The notes under the pieces are model-generated. The model ran no database searches. It had not been told where the DNA came from and saw nothing but the letters and a program-made list of their open reading frames with translations. Source: Leptonemataceae bacterium (lineage in GTDB: Bacteria > Spirochaetota > Leptospiria > Leptospirales > Leptonemataceae). From it: DNA of 64,000 nucleotides. Every line of letters begins with the position of its first letter. Position 1 is the first letter of the stretch. Location of the stretch: positions 1,504,001 to 1,568,000 of the forward strand of contig OZ245742.1 in the NCBI GenBank assembly GCA_965227295.1. Reading direction: 5' to 3'. This document shows positions 27,209 to 38,051 of the stretch, piece by piece. A program made the position numbers and the translations under genes.

Positions 27209-29467
27209 ATGGCGATGATCATCGAAAAAAACGTAAAGAAGCTGATCGTCTTCGTCGAAGAAAGCGTGCACGTCGCGCTGCAACGCATCGACGACAACCA
27301 GCATCGCTTCGTCTTCGCGGTGGCGGAGTCCGGTGTGCTCGAAGGCGTGCTGTCCGACGGCGACTTTCGGCGCTGGGCCACGCGGCAAAGCAACATCGAT
27401 CTTTCGCAGCGTGTGGGGGACGTCATCAATCGCGACTTCAAGTACGCGAATATCGACGACGATCCGGATCGCATTAAGGAACTCTTCTCGGAAAGAGTCC
27501 AGTTTGTCCCGCTCATTGACCACAACCGTCGCCTGGTGGCCGTGGCCCGGGAACGCAGTCCTTACGACGGCGTTCGTATCGGCGATCGAATCATCGACGA
27601 CGGCTCGCCCGTGTTCATGATCGCCGAGATCGGCAACAATCATAACGGGGACCTGGAACTGGCGAAACGCCTCATCGACGCCGCGGCGGACGCCGGCGCG
27701 GATTGTGCGAAGTTTCAGATGCGCGACATGGACGCCCTGTACCGCAAATCCGAGATGATGCAAGAGGATCTGGGCGCGCAGTACACCCTGGATCTGCTGA
27801 GCCGCTTCCAGCTTTCGAAAGACGAGTTGATCCAGGCCTTCGATTATACGAAGTCGCGCGGTCTCATTCCCATGTGCACTCCCTGGGACCTGGCGTCCCT
27901 GGCCGTGCTGGAAGACTATGGCATGATCGCGTATAAACTCGCCTCGGCCGATCTTACCAACCACGAACTGCTTACGGCCATGGCGAAGACCGGCAAGCCG
28001 CTCATCTGCTCGACGGGCATGTCCACCGAGAACGAGATCGTGCAGTCCGTGGGGCTGTTGCAACGTTACGGTTCTTCGTATGCGCTCCTGCACTGTAACT
28101 CCACGTATCCGACGCCGTTCAAGGACGTGAACTTAAAGTACATGGATCATCTGCGCGAGATCGGCAATTGTCCCATTGGTTATTCCGGGCACGAGCGCGG
28201 TTATGCGGTGCCCGTGGCGAGCGTGGCCCGGGGCGCTCGCATCATCGAAAAACATCTTACGGTGGACCGTAACTTAGAAGGAAACGATCATAAGGTTAGC
28301 TTGCTCCCGGACGAATTTAAGCTGATGGTGGACGCCGTTCGCAACGTCGAGCAGGCCCTCGGCACCGGCGGCAGCCGTACCATTTCCCAGGGCGAGCTGA
28401 TGAACCGCGAGACCCTGGCGAAGTCCCTCGTGATCAACACCGACCTGGCCGCGGGCCAAATCATCACCGACGACATGATCGAAGTCAAAAGTCCCGGCAA
28501 CGGCCTGCAACCGAACCGCCGCCGCGAACTGGTGGGCCGTCCGGCGCGGCGGGACTTTGCGGCCGGGGACTTCTTTTTCCCCAGCGATCTCGGTGACGGG
28601 GAAGAACACGTGGTCCGTGCGCGGCACTACGATTTTCGAAGGCCCTGGGGTTTGCCGGTACGCTACCACGATTTTAAAAAACTCGCGCAGCAGTCGAACC
28701 CGGACCTGCTGGAATTTCACATGTCCTACAAAGACCTGGAGATCGATGTCGATACGATCTTTTCCGGCGCGCAGGACATCGACTTTGTCGTACACAGTCC
28801 CGAGTTGTTTGCAGGCGATCACGTCCTCGACCTGGCCTCGAGCGATGATGCCTATCGTGCGCAGTCCGTGCGCGAACTACAGCGGGTGATCGACGTTACG
28901 CGTTCGCTGAAACGATATTTTCCGAAAACGCAGCGCCCCCTCATTGTACTGAACGCCGGCGGTTTTTCTCACGATGGCGCGCTACCGCCTTCGTCGCGGC
29001 CGAAGCTCTACGAACGCCTGCTGAAGAGCCTCGCAGAAATTGATGCCGACGGAGTGGAACTGATTCCGCAGACGATGCCGCCGTTTCCCTGGCACTTCGG
29101 CGGCCAGCAATTTCACAATCTCTTTCTCGATCCCGAGGATACAGAGGCCTTCTGCAAAGAGCACGGCTATCGTTTGTGTCTGGACATTTCGCATTCACGC
29201 CTGGCGTGCAACGAACGTCACGCCTCGTTCCAGGAATTTCTGGAACGGATCGCTCCGTTTGCCGCGCATATGCACGTCGTGGATGCGCAGGGTGTCGACG
29301 GCGAGGGTTTGCAGATCGGTGAGGGGGACATCGACTTCGCCGCGCTCGCGGATGTGCTCGATCGTTGCGCTCCGCAGGCCTCGTTTATTCCCGAGATCTG
29401 GCAGGGTCACAAGAACGACGGCGAAGGTTTCTGGATCGCGCTGGAAAGATTGGAAAAGAATTTCTAG
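27209..29467 (+). CDS. CBS-NeuB-SAF-TIM barrel (xylose isomerase-like) multidomain nonulosonate synthase
   Basis: N-terminal CBS pair (GVLSDGDFRR); IAEIGNNHNG, HCNSTYP, YSGHE and IEKH; C-terminal CLDISH, HMHVVD and PEIWQGH. Confidence 0.85.
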   Translation: MAMIIEKNVKKLIVFVEESVHVALQRIDDNQHRFVFAVAESGVLEGVLSDGDFRRWATRQSNIDLSQRVGDVINRDFKYANIDDDPDRIKELFSERVQFVPLIDHNRRLVAVARERSPYDGVRIGDRIIDDGSPVFMIAEIGNNHNGDLELAKRLIDAAADAGADCAKFQMRDMDALYRKSEMMQEDLGAQYTLDLLSRFQLSKDELIQAFDYTKSRGLIPMCTPWDLASLAVLEDYGMIAYKLASADLTNHELLTAMAKTGKPLICSTGMSTENEIVQSVGLLQRYGSSYALLHCNSTYPTPFKDVNLKYMDHLREIGNCPIGYSGHERGYAVPVASVARGARIIEKHLTVDRNLEGNDHKVSLLPDEFKLMVDAVRNVEQALGTGGSRTISQGELMNRETLAKSLVINTDLAAGQIITDDMIEVKSPGNGLQPNRRRELVGRPARRDFAAGDFFFPSDLGDGEEHVVRARHYDFRRPWGLPVRYHDFKKLAQQSNPDLLEFHMSYKDLEIDVDTIFSGAQDIDFVVHSPELFAGDHVLDLASSDDAYRAQSVRELQRVIDVTRSLKRYFPKTQRPLIVLNAGGFSHDGALPPSSRPKLYERLLKSLAEIDADGVELIPQTMPPFPWHFGGQQFHNLFLDPEDTEAFCKEHGYRLCLDISHSRLACNERHASFQEFLERIAPFAAHMHVVDAQGVDGEGLQIGEGDIDFAALADVLDRCAPQASFIPEIWQGHKNDGEGFWIALERLEKNF

Positions 29468-29506
29468 TTTCTTGAGTGCTGCTGACTGACATTTAGTGGA
29501 AATCTC

Positions 29507-30640
29507 TTGTCAAAAGAAGTCCGTAACATCGTATACATCATTGATTCCCTGGGCCGCGGCGGAAGCCAGGCGATCTTAAAAGATCTTACCGCCGGCCTCG
29601 GCGAAACCGGGCGTTACGAACAACTCGTTCTGGGACTCAACGACGAGTACAGCGACGAGATCGTAGAGGCTATGCGCCGGCACGCGCGGGTGCGGGTCGT
29701 CGGCAAACTTGCGTTGCTATTGGGTTACGGATTGTGGTCGGTATTTAGGGCCTGTCGTCAGGCGGATATCGTCGTGACTTATCTGCCGCGTTCGGATATC
29801 GTCGGCCGGTTGCTTGCCTGGCTGGCCCGGACGCCTGTAATCGTAACGACGATCCACGCGCGGAACATCAACAAACATTGGTGGGAGTTTTTCCTGGATC
29901 GCTTAACGATGCCCATTGCCCGGCGCGTCATTTTCAACAGCAGCTCCGTGATCCCGTTCGCCGTCGAGCACGAGGGCGTACGCGAGGAGCGGGCCGTGTA
30001 CATTCCCAACGGCATTCGCATCAACGGCGCGGTACATGAAAGTTTTCAGAGAGAGTTCTTAAGGATATATCCCGGAAAGTTAAGGATCGGCAGCGCCGGG
30101 CGTCTGGTTCCGCAAAAGGCTTTCCCGGTTTTGCTGAGAGCATTTGCGCGGATCGCCATGGATCGTCCGGATCTGCGGCTGTATCTGGCTGGCCGGGGCC
30201 CCCTGGAACAAGAACTGCGGGCCCTCGCCGACGAACTGGGCATTGCGGATCGAATGTACTTTGTCGGGTCGATACCCATGGATGATATTGTTTCCTTTCT
30301 GGATCTCCTCGACGTCTACGTGCAGTCATCGGATTTCGAAGGCATGTCCGTGGCGCTCATGCAGGCCATGGACAGCGGTTCCGCGGCGGTGGCCACCCGG
30401 GTGGACGGAACGCTGGAGGTCATTCGGGAGGACGGTGATTGCGGTCGTCTGGTAGATCCGGGAGACGTAGCCGGTCTTGCGGATGCTATGGAGGAACTGT
30501 GTGATGACCCGAAGCGCCGACGTCGTATCGCCGAGGCCGGTCGCGCACGCATACGCGACGAGTTTTCGCTGGAGTTGATGATTCGCCGTCACGACGAACT
30601 CTTTCGCGAATTGTGGATGCGGCACGGGAGAGCTGCGTGA
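29507..30640 (+). CDS. GT4 glycosyltransferase
   Basis: GRLVPQK and SDFEGMSVALMQAM. Confidence 0.8.
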   Translation: MSKEVRNIVYIIDSLGRGGSQAILKDLTAGLGETGRYEQLVLGLNDEYSDEIVEAMRRHARVRVVGKLALLLGYGLWSVFRACRQADIVVTYLPRSDIVGRLLAWLARTPVIVTTIHARNINKHWWEFFLDRLTMPIARRVIFNSSSVIPFAVEHEGVREERAVYIPNGIRINGAVHESFQREFLRIYPGKLRIGSAGRLVPQKAFPVLLRAFARIAMDRPDLRLYLAGRGPLEQELRALADELGIADRMYFVGSIPMDDIVSFLDLLDVYVQSSDFEGMSVALMQAMDSGSAAVATRVDGTLEVIREDGDCGRLVDPGDVAGLADAMEELCDDPKRRRRIAEAGRARIRDEFSLELMIRRHDELFRELWMRHGRAA

Positions 30641-31563
30641 GCCAGGAGCGCGTCGTCGTACTCGGCGCGGCCGGTTACCTGGGACGTCCGCTGGTGAGCG
30701 CCCTGGCGGCAAGGGGCTACGACGTGCGGGCCTTTGATCGTCTGAAGCCGACGGATGCCGGCGACAAAGGGGAGTGGATCAGCGGTGACTTTTTTAACGA
30801 AACGCATCTATGCGAGGCTCTGCGTGAACGAGACGTCGTCTACCACCTCATTGCCACGCGATTGCCGGCACCGTCCAATGAAGACCCCCTGGCGGACGCA
30901 GCGGAGAATATCGTCGGCTCGCTGCGCTTGTTAAACCTGTGCGTTGCGGAAGGCGTTAAAAGGATCGTTTTTGTTTCTTCGGGCGGCGGGATCTACGGTA
31001 ATATTCAGGCAGAGTATCTTAGCGAAGATCTGAACGTTCGGCCGGTTTGTGCCTACGGAATATCCAAACTGGCTGTCGAGAAATACCTGGCGCTTTATCA
31101 TCATTTGCATGGAATGCAGTATTGCGCCTTACGCGTCGGTAATCCCTACGGCGGGGAGCAGCGTCTGGATCGTCCTCAGGGCCTCGTAACTCAGAGCCTC
31201 GCGAAGGCCCTGCGCGATGAGGCCGTAGAAATCTGGGGTGACGGTAGCGTCGTTCGTGATTTTTTGCACATCGACGATGTGGTGGAGGCGCTACTGCGCG
31301 CGATGCATTACGCAGGCGAGGCGAGAGTGATGAACGTCGCCAGCGGGATCGGCCGTAGTGTGAACGAGGTGCTCGACGCCGTCGACGCTGTGCTCGGACG
31401 TAAGCTGCGGCGTAAGTATTTGCCCGGCCGGCCGGCGGATGCCCGACGTGTGGTGCTGGACTGTTCCCTGGCGGAGCGAGAGTTGCACTGGCGTGCCGGG
31501 GTCGAATTTGAAGACGGTCTGCGCCGCAGCGCTGAAGAGATGCGGGCACGGATTTCCGGTTAA
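30637..31563 (+). CDS. NAD-dependent epimerase/dehydratase
   Basis: GAAGYLG, SSGGGIYG and YGISK; GTG start. Confidence 0.8.
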   Translation: MSQERVVVLGAAGYLGRPLVSALAARGYDVRAFDRLKPTDAGDKGEWISGDFFNETHLCEALRERDVVYHLIATRLPAPSNEDPLADAAENIVGSLRLLNLCVAEGVKRIVFVSSGGGIYGNIQAEYLSEDLNVRPVCAYGISKLAVEKYLALYHHLHGMQYCALRVGNPYGGEQRLDRPQGLVTQSLAKALRDEAVEIWGDGSVVRDFLHIDDVVEALLRAMHYAGEARVMNVASGIGRSVNEVLDAVDAVLGRKLRRKYLPGRPADARRVVLDCSLAERELHWRAGVEFEDGLRRSAEEMRARISG

Positions 31564-31573
31564 GTTACTCTAA

Positions 31574-32641
31574 ATGAATTCTAAAATGAAAAGCGTACTT
31601 GTGACCGGGGGCGCGGGATTCATCGGCGCCAACTTCGTACATTACGTGTTGCGAAACGAACTCGTTGATCGGCTTACGGTTCTGGACAAACTTACGTATG
31701 CCGGAAATCTAAAATCGCTGGCGCAATTCGAAGACGACGCACGACTGAGTTTTGTCCAGGGCGACATCGGCGATGCCGGAGCCGTTCGGGAGTTGCTTGG
31801 CAAGAGCGATTTTTCTCACGTTGCCCACTTCGCTGCGGAATCCCACGTCGATCGTTCGATTCTGGGCCCCGAGGAATTCATTCGTACGAACGTGCTGGGT
31901 ACGTTTCATCTGCTCGAAGAACTGCGCCGCGCCGGCTGGCAGAGCGGTGACGGTCGTCGCTGCCTGCACGTCTCCACGGACGAGGTCTACGGCTCGCTGG
32001 GCCTCGAAGACAGCGAGCGTTTTCACGAAAACACACCGTATCAACCGAACTCACCCTACTCCGCATCCAAGGCCGGATCCGACCATCTTGTGCGAGCCTA
32101 TCATCATACTTACAAGTTGCCCGTTGTGACGAGCAACTGTTCCAACAACTACGGTCCGTATCAGTTCCCGGAAAAACTGATTCCGTTGATGATCATCAAT
32201 TGTCTCGAAGGTCGAGAACTGCCGGTCTACGGACGTGGCGAAAACGTGCGCGACTGGCTGTTCGTCGAGGATCACTGCGAAGCCCTCGCCATGATTCTCG
32301 CGGACGGTGTCGAAGGCGAATGTTACAACGTCGGCGGAGACAGCGAGAGAAAAAACATCGACGTCGTAAGATCGGTGTGCGCAATCATGGATGAATTGCA
32401 TCCGGATGGCGCCCCGCACGAGCGCCTGGTTCGTTTTGTGCAGGATCGCCCCGGGCACGACCTGCGTTACGCCGTGGATGCGTCGAAGATCGGCTCCCGG
32501 TTGGGCTGGAAGCCCCGGCACCGCTTCGAAGAGGCGCTCCGCAGAACGGTGGAATGGTATCTGGGCCGTGAAGACTGGTGGCGCGAAATTCTGAGTGGCG
32601 AGTATAGAAAATATTATTCCGAAAACTACGGAGCGCGCTGA
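31574..32641 (+). CDS. rfbB: dTDP-glucose 4,6-dehydratase
   Basis: [22 protein letters not shown] and [10 protein letters not shown]. Confidence 0.95.
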   Translation: MNSKMKSVLVTGGAGFIGANFVHYVLRNELVDRLTVLDKLTYAGNLKSLAQFEDDARLSFVQGDIGDAGAVRELLGKSDFSHVAHFAAESHVDRSILGPEEFIRTNVLGTFHLLEELRRAGWQSGDGRRCLHVSTDEVYGSLGLEDSERFHENTPYQPNSPYSASKAGSDHLVRAYHHTYKLPVVTSNCSNNYGPYQFPEKLIPLMIINCLEGRELPVYGRGENVRDWLFVEDHCEALAMILADGVEGECYNVGGDSERKNIDVVRSVCAIMDELHPDGAPHERLVRFVQDRPGHDLRYAVDASKIGSRLGWKPRHRFEEALRRTVEWYLGREDWWREILSGEYRKYYSENYGAR

Positions 32642-32649
32642 GCTTTCTT

Positions 32650-33567
32650 ATGACCCAGGCCCCCCCTATCCAAAAAGGCATCCTCCTGGCCGGCGGATCC
32701 GGCACCCGTCTCTACCCGCTGACCCGGGCCGTCTCGAAGCAGCTTCTGCCGGTGTACGACAAGCCGCTGATCTATTATCCGCTCACAACGCTCATGTTCG
32801 CCGGTATTCGCGATATTCTCGTAATTTCCACTCCGCGAGACTTAAGAAACATTCGGGACCTGCTGGGAGACGGTAGCCAGTGGGGCATCCGTTTGAGCTA
32901 CGCGGAGCAGCCGTCGCCGGACGGCATCGCCCAGGCCTTTGTGATCGGCCGAGAATTTCTGAACGGCGAACCCGCAGCACTGATTCTCGGAGACAACATC
33001 TTTTACGGTTTCGACTTCGCGAATATTTTGAAAGACGCCATGCGCCAGGCAGTAAAAGGGGCCACGGTCTTTGCGTATCGTGTGAGCGATCCAGAGCGCT
33101 ACGGCGTCGTCGAGTTTGATCGTTCCGGACGGGCGCTGTCCATCGAAGAAAAACCGGAGCAGCCGAAGTCGCGATTCGCAGTTACCGGGCTTTACTTTTA
33201 CGATGCCCGGGTGAGTGAAATCGCCGCGAATCTGAAGCCGTCCGCTCGCGGTGAACTTGAAATCACCGATGTAAATCGGCACTACCTGGATGAGGGCCGG
33301 CTGCATGTGACTCCGCTCGGGCGCGGTTTTGCCTGGTTGGACTCCGGCACGCATGAATCGCTCCTGGCGAGTGCGCTTTACGTTGAAACGATTGAAAAAC
33401 GCCAGGGCCTGAAGATCGCCTGCCCGGAAGAGATCGCCCTGCGCCTGGGTTATATCGACGAACAAGCCTATCGCGAGCAGGCTGAGGCCCTGCGCAAGAG
33501 CGGTTACGGTGAGTACCTTTTGCGGATTCTCGGGGAGCGCGATTTCCCGCCGTTGCCCGGGGACTGA
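32650..33567 (+). CDS. rfbA: Glucose-1-phosphate thymidylyltransferase
   Basis: [22 protein letters not shown] and [11 protein letters not shown]. Confidence 0.95.
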   Translation: MTQAPPIQKGILLAGGSGTRLYPLTRAVSKQLLPVYDKPLIYYPLTTLMFAGIRDILVISTPRDLRNIRDLLGDGSQWGIRLSYAEQPSPDGIAQAFVIGREFLNGEPAALILGDNIFYGFDFANILKDAMRQAVKGATVFAYRVSDPERYGVVEFDRSGRALSIEEKPEQPKSRFAVTGLYFYDARVSEIAANLKPSARGELEITDVNRHYLDEGRLHVTPLGRGFAWLDSGTHESLLASALYVETIEKRQGLKIACPEEIALRLGYIDEQAYREQAEALRKSGYGEYLLRILGERDFPPLPGD

Positions 33568-33594
33568 GTTCTTTTGATCATAAGTTAGCATTGT

Positions 33595-34692
33595 ATGTCA
33601 GAGCCCCGGCGCATCACGCTCATCATCAGCAGCCTCTCCGGCGGCGGGGCGGAACGGGTCATGTCGATCCTGGCAAGCGAGTGGGCGCGTCAGGGGCGGG
33701 ACGTGTGCCTGTTCAGCCTCGACGACGGCAACGGCCCGAATCCCTACGACATTCACCCCGCGGTGCGCTACGTACCGTTGAACGTGGCCAGTCGCGAAAA
33801 CAATCCGGTCTACGATCCGCGCAATTTTACGAGATTGTTGCGACTGCGTCGCGCCGTGCAGCGCAGTCGGCCGGATGTCGTCCTGAGTTTCAGTGACAAA
33901 ACCAACGTTACAGTACTCTTAAGTTTATTCGGTGCCGGATTAAAGATCGTCGTTTCCGAGCGCGTGCATCCGGCGCACTATCCCATCGGTTTTGTCTGGA
34001 ATACGCTGCGACTCATTACCTATACGTTCGCCCGGCGCATCGTCATTCAAACCCGCGGCGTCGCCGATTTTTTTCCGGGGCGCCTGCGCCGCAAAATGAC
34101 GATCGTGCCGAATCCGGTGGTCGAGCCCCCGGCGTCCGCGCAAAAAATTCTGCGTTCGAAGCAAAGGCGCGAGCCGGTGGTGGTCGGCCTCGGGCGCCTC
34201 GACCATCAGAAAGGTTTTGACGTTTTGATAACGGCCTTTCGTTTGCTGAGATCACAAGCTGCGTCCGAATGGAAGTTAAGGATTTACGGCGAGGGTCCGC
34301 GTCGGGGCGACCTCGAAGCCGCGGCCGGCGACGACCCGCGGGTCGAGCTGCCTGGATGGCAGCCGAACGTTCACGAGATCCTGGCCGGCTCCGCGATCTT
34401 CGTACTTTCGTCGCGCTTCGAGGGTTTTCCGAACGTGCTCTGTGAGGCCATGGCCTGCGGTGCGGCGGTGATCGCCACGGACTGCCCGGACGGTCCGGCT
34501 GAGATTGTAACGCCGGAGCACGACGGACTCCTGATTCCGGTGGACGATGCGGAAGCCCTGGCCGTGGCCCTGGCACGCCTCATGAGCGACGACGGCCTGC
34601 GTGAGCGCCTGGGACGCAACGCGCAGGACATCGTACAGCGCCTGGGCGTGCAGCAGGTGATGCAGCGCTGGACTACGGCGCTGAGTGTCTGA
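33595..34692 (+). CDS. GT4 glycosyltransferase
   Basis: GGGAERV and SSRFEGFPNVLCEAM. Confidence 0.85.
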   Translation: MSEPRRITLIISSLSGGGAERVMSILASEWARQGRDVCLFSLDDGNGPNPYDIHPAVRYVPLNVASRENNPVYDPRNFTRLLRLRRAVQRSRPDVVLSFSDKTNVTVLLSLFGAGLKIVVSERVHPAHYPIGFVWNTLRLITYTFARRIVIQTRGVADFFPGRLRRKMTIVPNPVVEPPASAQKILRSKQRREPVVVGLGRLDHQKGFDVLITAFRLLRSQAASEWKLRIYGEGPRRGDLEAAAGDDPRVELPGWQPNVHEILAGSAIFVLSSRFEGFPNVLCEAMACGAAVIATDCPDGPAEIVTPEHDGLLIPVDDAEALAVALARLMSDDGLRERLGRNAQDIVQRLGVQQVMQRWTTALSV

Positions 34693-34749
34693 AGTTGACG
34701 TGCACACTACGCGGCGAATCCTGACGCCAGTCCATCCACGAGATATGCC

Positions 34750-35412
34750 ATGATAGAACTCCCCGACTTCGACCGTTCTTTTGACTACGAGAACGGCTTT
34801 TATCTTTCATGCAAGCCCGCGCGCATTGCGAAGATCCTCGCGCACTACGAGCTGTTTAAGATGATCCGCGAGGTTCCCGGTGCCGTCGTGGAATGCGGCG
34901 TCTTCAAGGGCGTATCGTTTACCAGGTTCGCCGCGTTTCGCGAGCTTATGGAAACGGAATCGGCGCGGCCGATGATCGGCTTCGATATCTTCGGCACGTT
35001 TCCGCCGACGGAATTCGAAGCGGACCAGGCGCAACTGGATCGTTTCATATCCGGGGCGGGAGACCAGAGCATCGACGTGGAGCAACTCCGGGAAGTACTG
35101 CGGAAAAAAGGATGTGATCAACGAGTCGATCTGGTGAAAGGCAACATCCTGGAAACGGTGCCGGAGTACGTCGCAAAGAATCCGCAGATGCGCATCGCGC
35201 TCTTGAACCTGGACACCGACGTCTACGAGCCGGCGGTGACGATTCTCGAACACCTGTATCCGCGCATTGTGCCGGGCGGGGTCCTGGTCCTGGACGACTA
35301 CGGGACGTTCCCCGGCGAAACCAAAGCCGTGGACGATTTCTTTCGCGGTCGCGGCGAGAAGATTCAGCGTTTTTCGTTTTGCGAAACGCCGTGCTACATC
35401 ATCAAGGAATAA
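34750..35412 (+). CDS. TylF/MycF/NovP-family sugar O-methyltransferase
   Basis: VECGVFKG, LNLDTDVYE and LDDY. Confidence 0.8.
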   Translation: MIELPDFDRSFDYENGFYLSCKPARIAKILAHYELFKMIREVPGAVVECGVFKGVSFTRFAAFRELMETESARPMIGFDIFGTFPPTEFEADQAQLDRFISGAGDQSIDVEQLREVLRKKGCDQRVDLVKGNILETVPEYVAKNPQMRIALLNLDTDVYEPAVTILEHLYPRIVPGGVLVLDDYGTFPGETKAVDDFFRGRGEKIQRFSFCETPCYIIKE

Positions 35413-35413
35413 C

Positions 35414-36265
35414 GTGGCCGAAGAACATTCGAAATGGGATTTGATCATCGAACCGCGTTCGAGCTGGTTCGATCTTCGCCTGCGCGAACTGTGGAAGTAC
35501 CGGGATCTCACCGCGCTGTTTATTAAGCGCGACTTCGTTACGTTCTACAAACAGACGATCCTGGGGCCGCTGTGGTACGTGCTGCAGCCGTTGTTTACCA
35601 CGCTGGTGTTCACGGTCGTCTTCGGTCGCATTGCGCAGATTCCCACGGACGGGGTGCCGCCGTTTTTGTTTTACCTGGCCGGCAACGTTATGTGGCTCTA
35701 CTTTTCCGAAAACGTAAAAAAAGCCTCGGAAACGTTCATCCTCAACTCCCAGATCTTCGGCAAGGTCTACTTTCCGCGCATGACCGTACCGGTTTCCATC
35801 GTCGTTTCGAACCTGGTGCAATTTGCGATTCAGTTCGTCCTCTTTCTCTCGATTTACTTTTACTTTTTTTATCAGGGCAGCGATCTGCGGCCGAGCCTGT
35901 GGTTGCTGGCCCTGCCGCTGCTGGTCTTACAGATGGCGGCCTTCGGTCTGGGCGTGGGCATCATCATCTCCGCGCTCACCACGAAGTACCGCGACCTGCG
36001 TTTCGCGCTGACCTTCGGCATTCAATTGTGGATGTACGCGTCGCCGGTAGTTTATCCGGCGTCTCAGGTGCCGGCGAAGTATCTCGACATTTACATGCTG
36101 AACCCCATGGCGCCGATCATTGAGTGCTTTCGGTTCATGTTCATCGGCGCGGCGACGGTGAGTTCGCAGCAGATCGGCATCGGCATCGGCATTACCGTGC
36201 TGGTGCTCTTCGGCGGAGTGCTGCTATTCAATCGCATTGAAAAAACGTTTATGGATACGGTGTAG
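35414..36265 (+). CDS. wzm: Polysaccharide ABC exporter permease
   Basis: YKQTILGPLW, KVYFPR, KYRD and LNPM; GTG start at 35414. Confidence 0.9.
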   Translation: MAEEHSKWDLIIEPRSSWFDLRLRELWKYRDLTALFIKRDFVTFYKQTILGPLWYVLQPLFTTLVFTVVFGRIAQIPTDGVPPFLFYLAGNVMWLYFSENVKKASETFILNSQIFGKVYFPRMTVPVSIVVSNLVQFAIQFVLFLSIYFYFFYQGSDLRPSLWLLALPLLVLQMAAFGLGVGIIISALTTKYRDLRFALTFGIQLWMYASPVVYPASQVPAKYLDIYMLNPMAPIIECFRFMFIGAATVSSQQIGIGIGITVLVLFGGVLLFNRIEKTFMDTV

Positions 36266-36272
36266 GTTCGGT

Positions 36273-38051
36273 TTGCAAATAAATAGCCAGCTTACTTTAA
36301 GAATCCTGGGCTACGTGAGCGTCGTGGCATGGTTGGGACTGATCGGCGTCTACTGGTGGGCCGCCGAGCGCGGCTTCGACGTTACCGACGAGGCGGCCTA
36401 TCTCCTGGCCTACGATCGGCCGGATCTCTACTCCGCGGCCAGCCGTTACAACGTGGTCATGCATACGGCCTTCGGCTGGCTCGAACCGGGCATCATCATG
36501 TACCGACGCATCGGCGTGCTGATGAACGTGATCTTCTCGCTCCTGTTCGCCGCCGGATTCTACGCGTGGCAGAACACCGCCGCTTCACGTTACGATTACC
36601 CGCGCATTCCCGGGCCGCTGCTCTTTGCCGCGGTGGGCATCGGCACGTTTACCGGTCTCGGGACCACGCCGCAGACCCCGGCGTACAACGATCTCAATCA
36701 CGGCTTCCTCATGGCGGCGGCGGGCTTGACGTTCTTCTGGCTCGCGGGGCGGTTGTTTTCGTACAGAGCGTTGATCGCCGTGCCCCTGCTCATCGTTACA
36801 CTCTTTCTCGATTACCAGGCGAAGCAACCCTCGGCGTTTCTCATGGCTTTGCTGATCTTCGGCGTGATCACGGCCCACGCATACTTTCAGTTTCCGCCGC
36901 GCTGGCGGACTCGCGTGATTCCTGCCATCGCCCTGACCGGGATCTTGATCGCCGTGTACATTCTGTATGTCCTGCGCGGTTACTACATCGACTACGTGAT
37001 TTTTATTCTGGGCGTGTACTACGATAATCGCATTCATGTAATTCCGCCGCTGTCCTGGATGGTGATGTTTCTGGCGTCCATGTTTCTTTTGGGCAGCCAT
37101 GCCGCGGGAGCCGAATCCCGGCGGGCTCGCATTGTAACTTCCATTTTTGTAATCTTTGCGATTCTCTACTTCGTGTACTTCGGAGCCACGCTTAACTTTT
37201 TTCGCAGCGGTTATCACATGCGTATGATCGCCGTGGTGCCCTTCTTCGTGATGCTGGCGGCGGCCGTGCTGGCCCTGGGCGGGGCGGTGATCCATCGTCT
37301 GGGTTTTACCGGTCATCCCGAGGAGCGCATGCATCGCTGGACCGATCTCAGCTGCGTGCATCTTTTTTTGTTCGCGATCCCGTTCGCCGGCGCCTTCGGT
37401 ACGAATAATCCGCTCTCCATGAACCTGCTCATGCACGTGGCGTTCTGGATCGTGTTGATTCTGAGTTTGCTGGGGTACGTGGTGCGTTTTTGTCGCGGCC
37501 ATCGCTGGCATGCGGTCATGGCCGTGCTCGTAGTGTTTACGGCCTGGTCTCAGGCGTACAATGCAATCATGCGTCATCCGTATCGTGTGAACGCGCCGCT
37601 CGTGGAGAATACGGAGTTGATCACCGCGGGAGAACTGCCGGGTATTCGCGGGCTTTACCTGGAACCGGAGATGGCCGAACGCTGGCGCAATCTCGCCGCG
37701 CTCGTGCGGGAGACGCAGTACGATCGCGGTGACTACGTGCTGGCACTCTTTGATATGCCGGGGGCCGTCTACGCTCTCGGCGGCGTGTCACCGGGTACCG
37801 TCTGGTTCTTCAGCGGCCACGGTCACGGCGGAGATGATCGCGGAAACTGCGGCGCCGTAGAGAACACTTCGTTTCAAGAGCGTGACACGCTAATTTTAGT
37901 CAGCAAAGAGTTAAGCGATTTGATGCAACAATGCCTGGACGCTGCCGGATTGAATCTTGCCGGTGGGGCGCGCTATGTCGGCGAAATCAAGAGTCTGCGC
38001 GAGGTGGATTTGCCCGTACGCGTTTATTTTCAGGAAAGGAGACAGCGTTGA
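36273..38051 (+). CDS. Multi-pass membrane protein, GT-C-like
   Basis: About 13 hydrophobic segments by eye; RGFDVTDEAAY acidic motif after TM1; soluble C-terminal domain. Start uncertain. Confidence 0.55.
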   Translation: MQINSQLTLRILGYVSVVAWLGLIGVYWWAAERGFDVTDEAAYLLAYDRPDLYSAASRYNVVMHTAFGWLEPGIIMYRRIGVLMNVIFSLLFAAGFYAWQNTAASRYDYPRIPGPLLFAAVGIGTFTGLGTTPQTPAYNDLNHGFLMAAAGLTFFWLAGRLFSYRALIAVPLLIVTLFLDYQAKQPSAFLMALLIFGVITAHAYFQFPPRWRTRVIPAIALTGILIAVYILYVLRGYYIDYVIFILGVYYDNRIHVIPPLSWMVMFLASMFLLGSHAAGAESRRARIVTSIFVIFAILYFVYFGATLNFFRSGYHMRMIAVVPFFVMLAAAVLALGGAVIHRLGFTGHPEERMHRWTDLSCVHLFLFAIPFAGAFGTNNPLSMNLLMHVAFWIVLILSLLGYVVRFCRGHRWHAVMAVLVVFTAWSQAYNAIMRHPYRVNAPLVENTELITAGELPGIRGLYLEPEMAERWRNLAALVRETQYDRGDYVLALFDMPGAVYALGGVSPGTVWFFSGHGHGGDDRGNCGAVENTSFQERDTLILVSKELSDLMQQCLDAAGLNLAGGARYVGEIKSLREVDLPVRVYFQERRQR

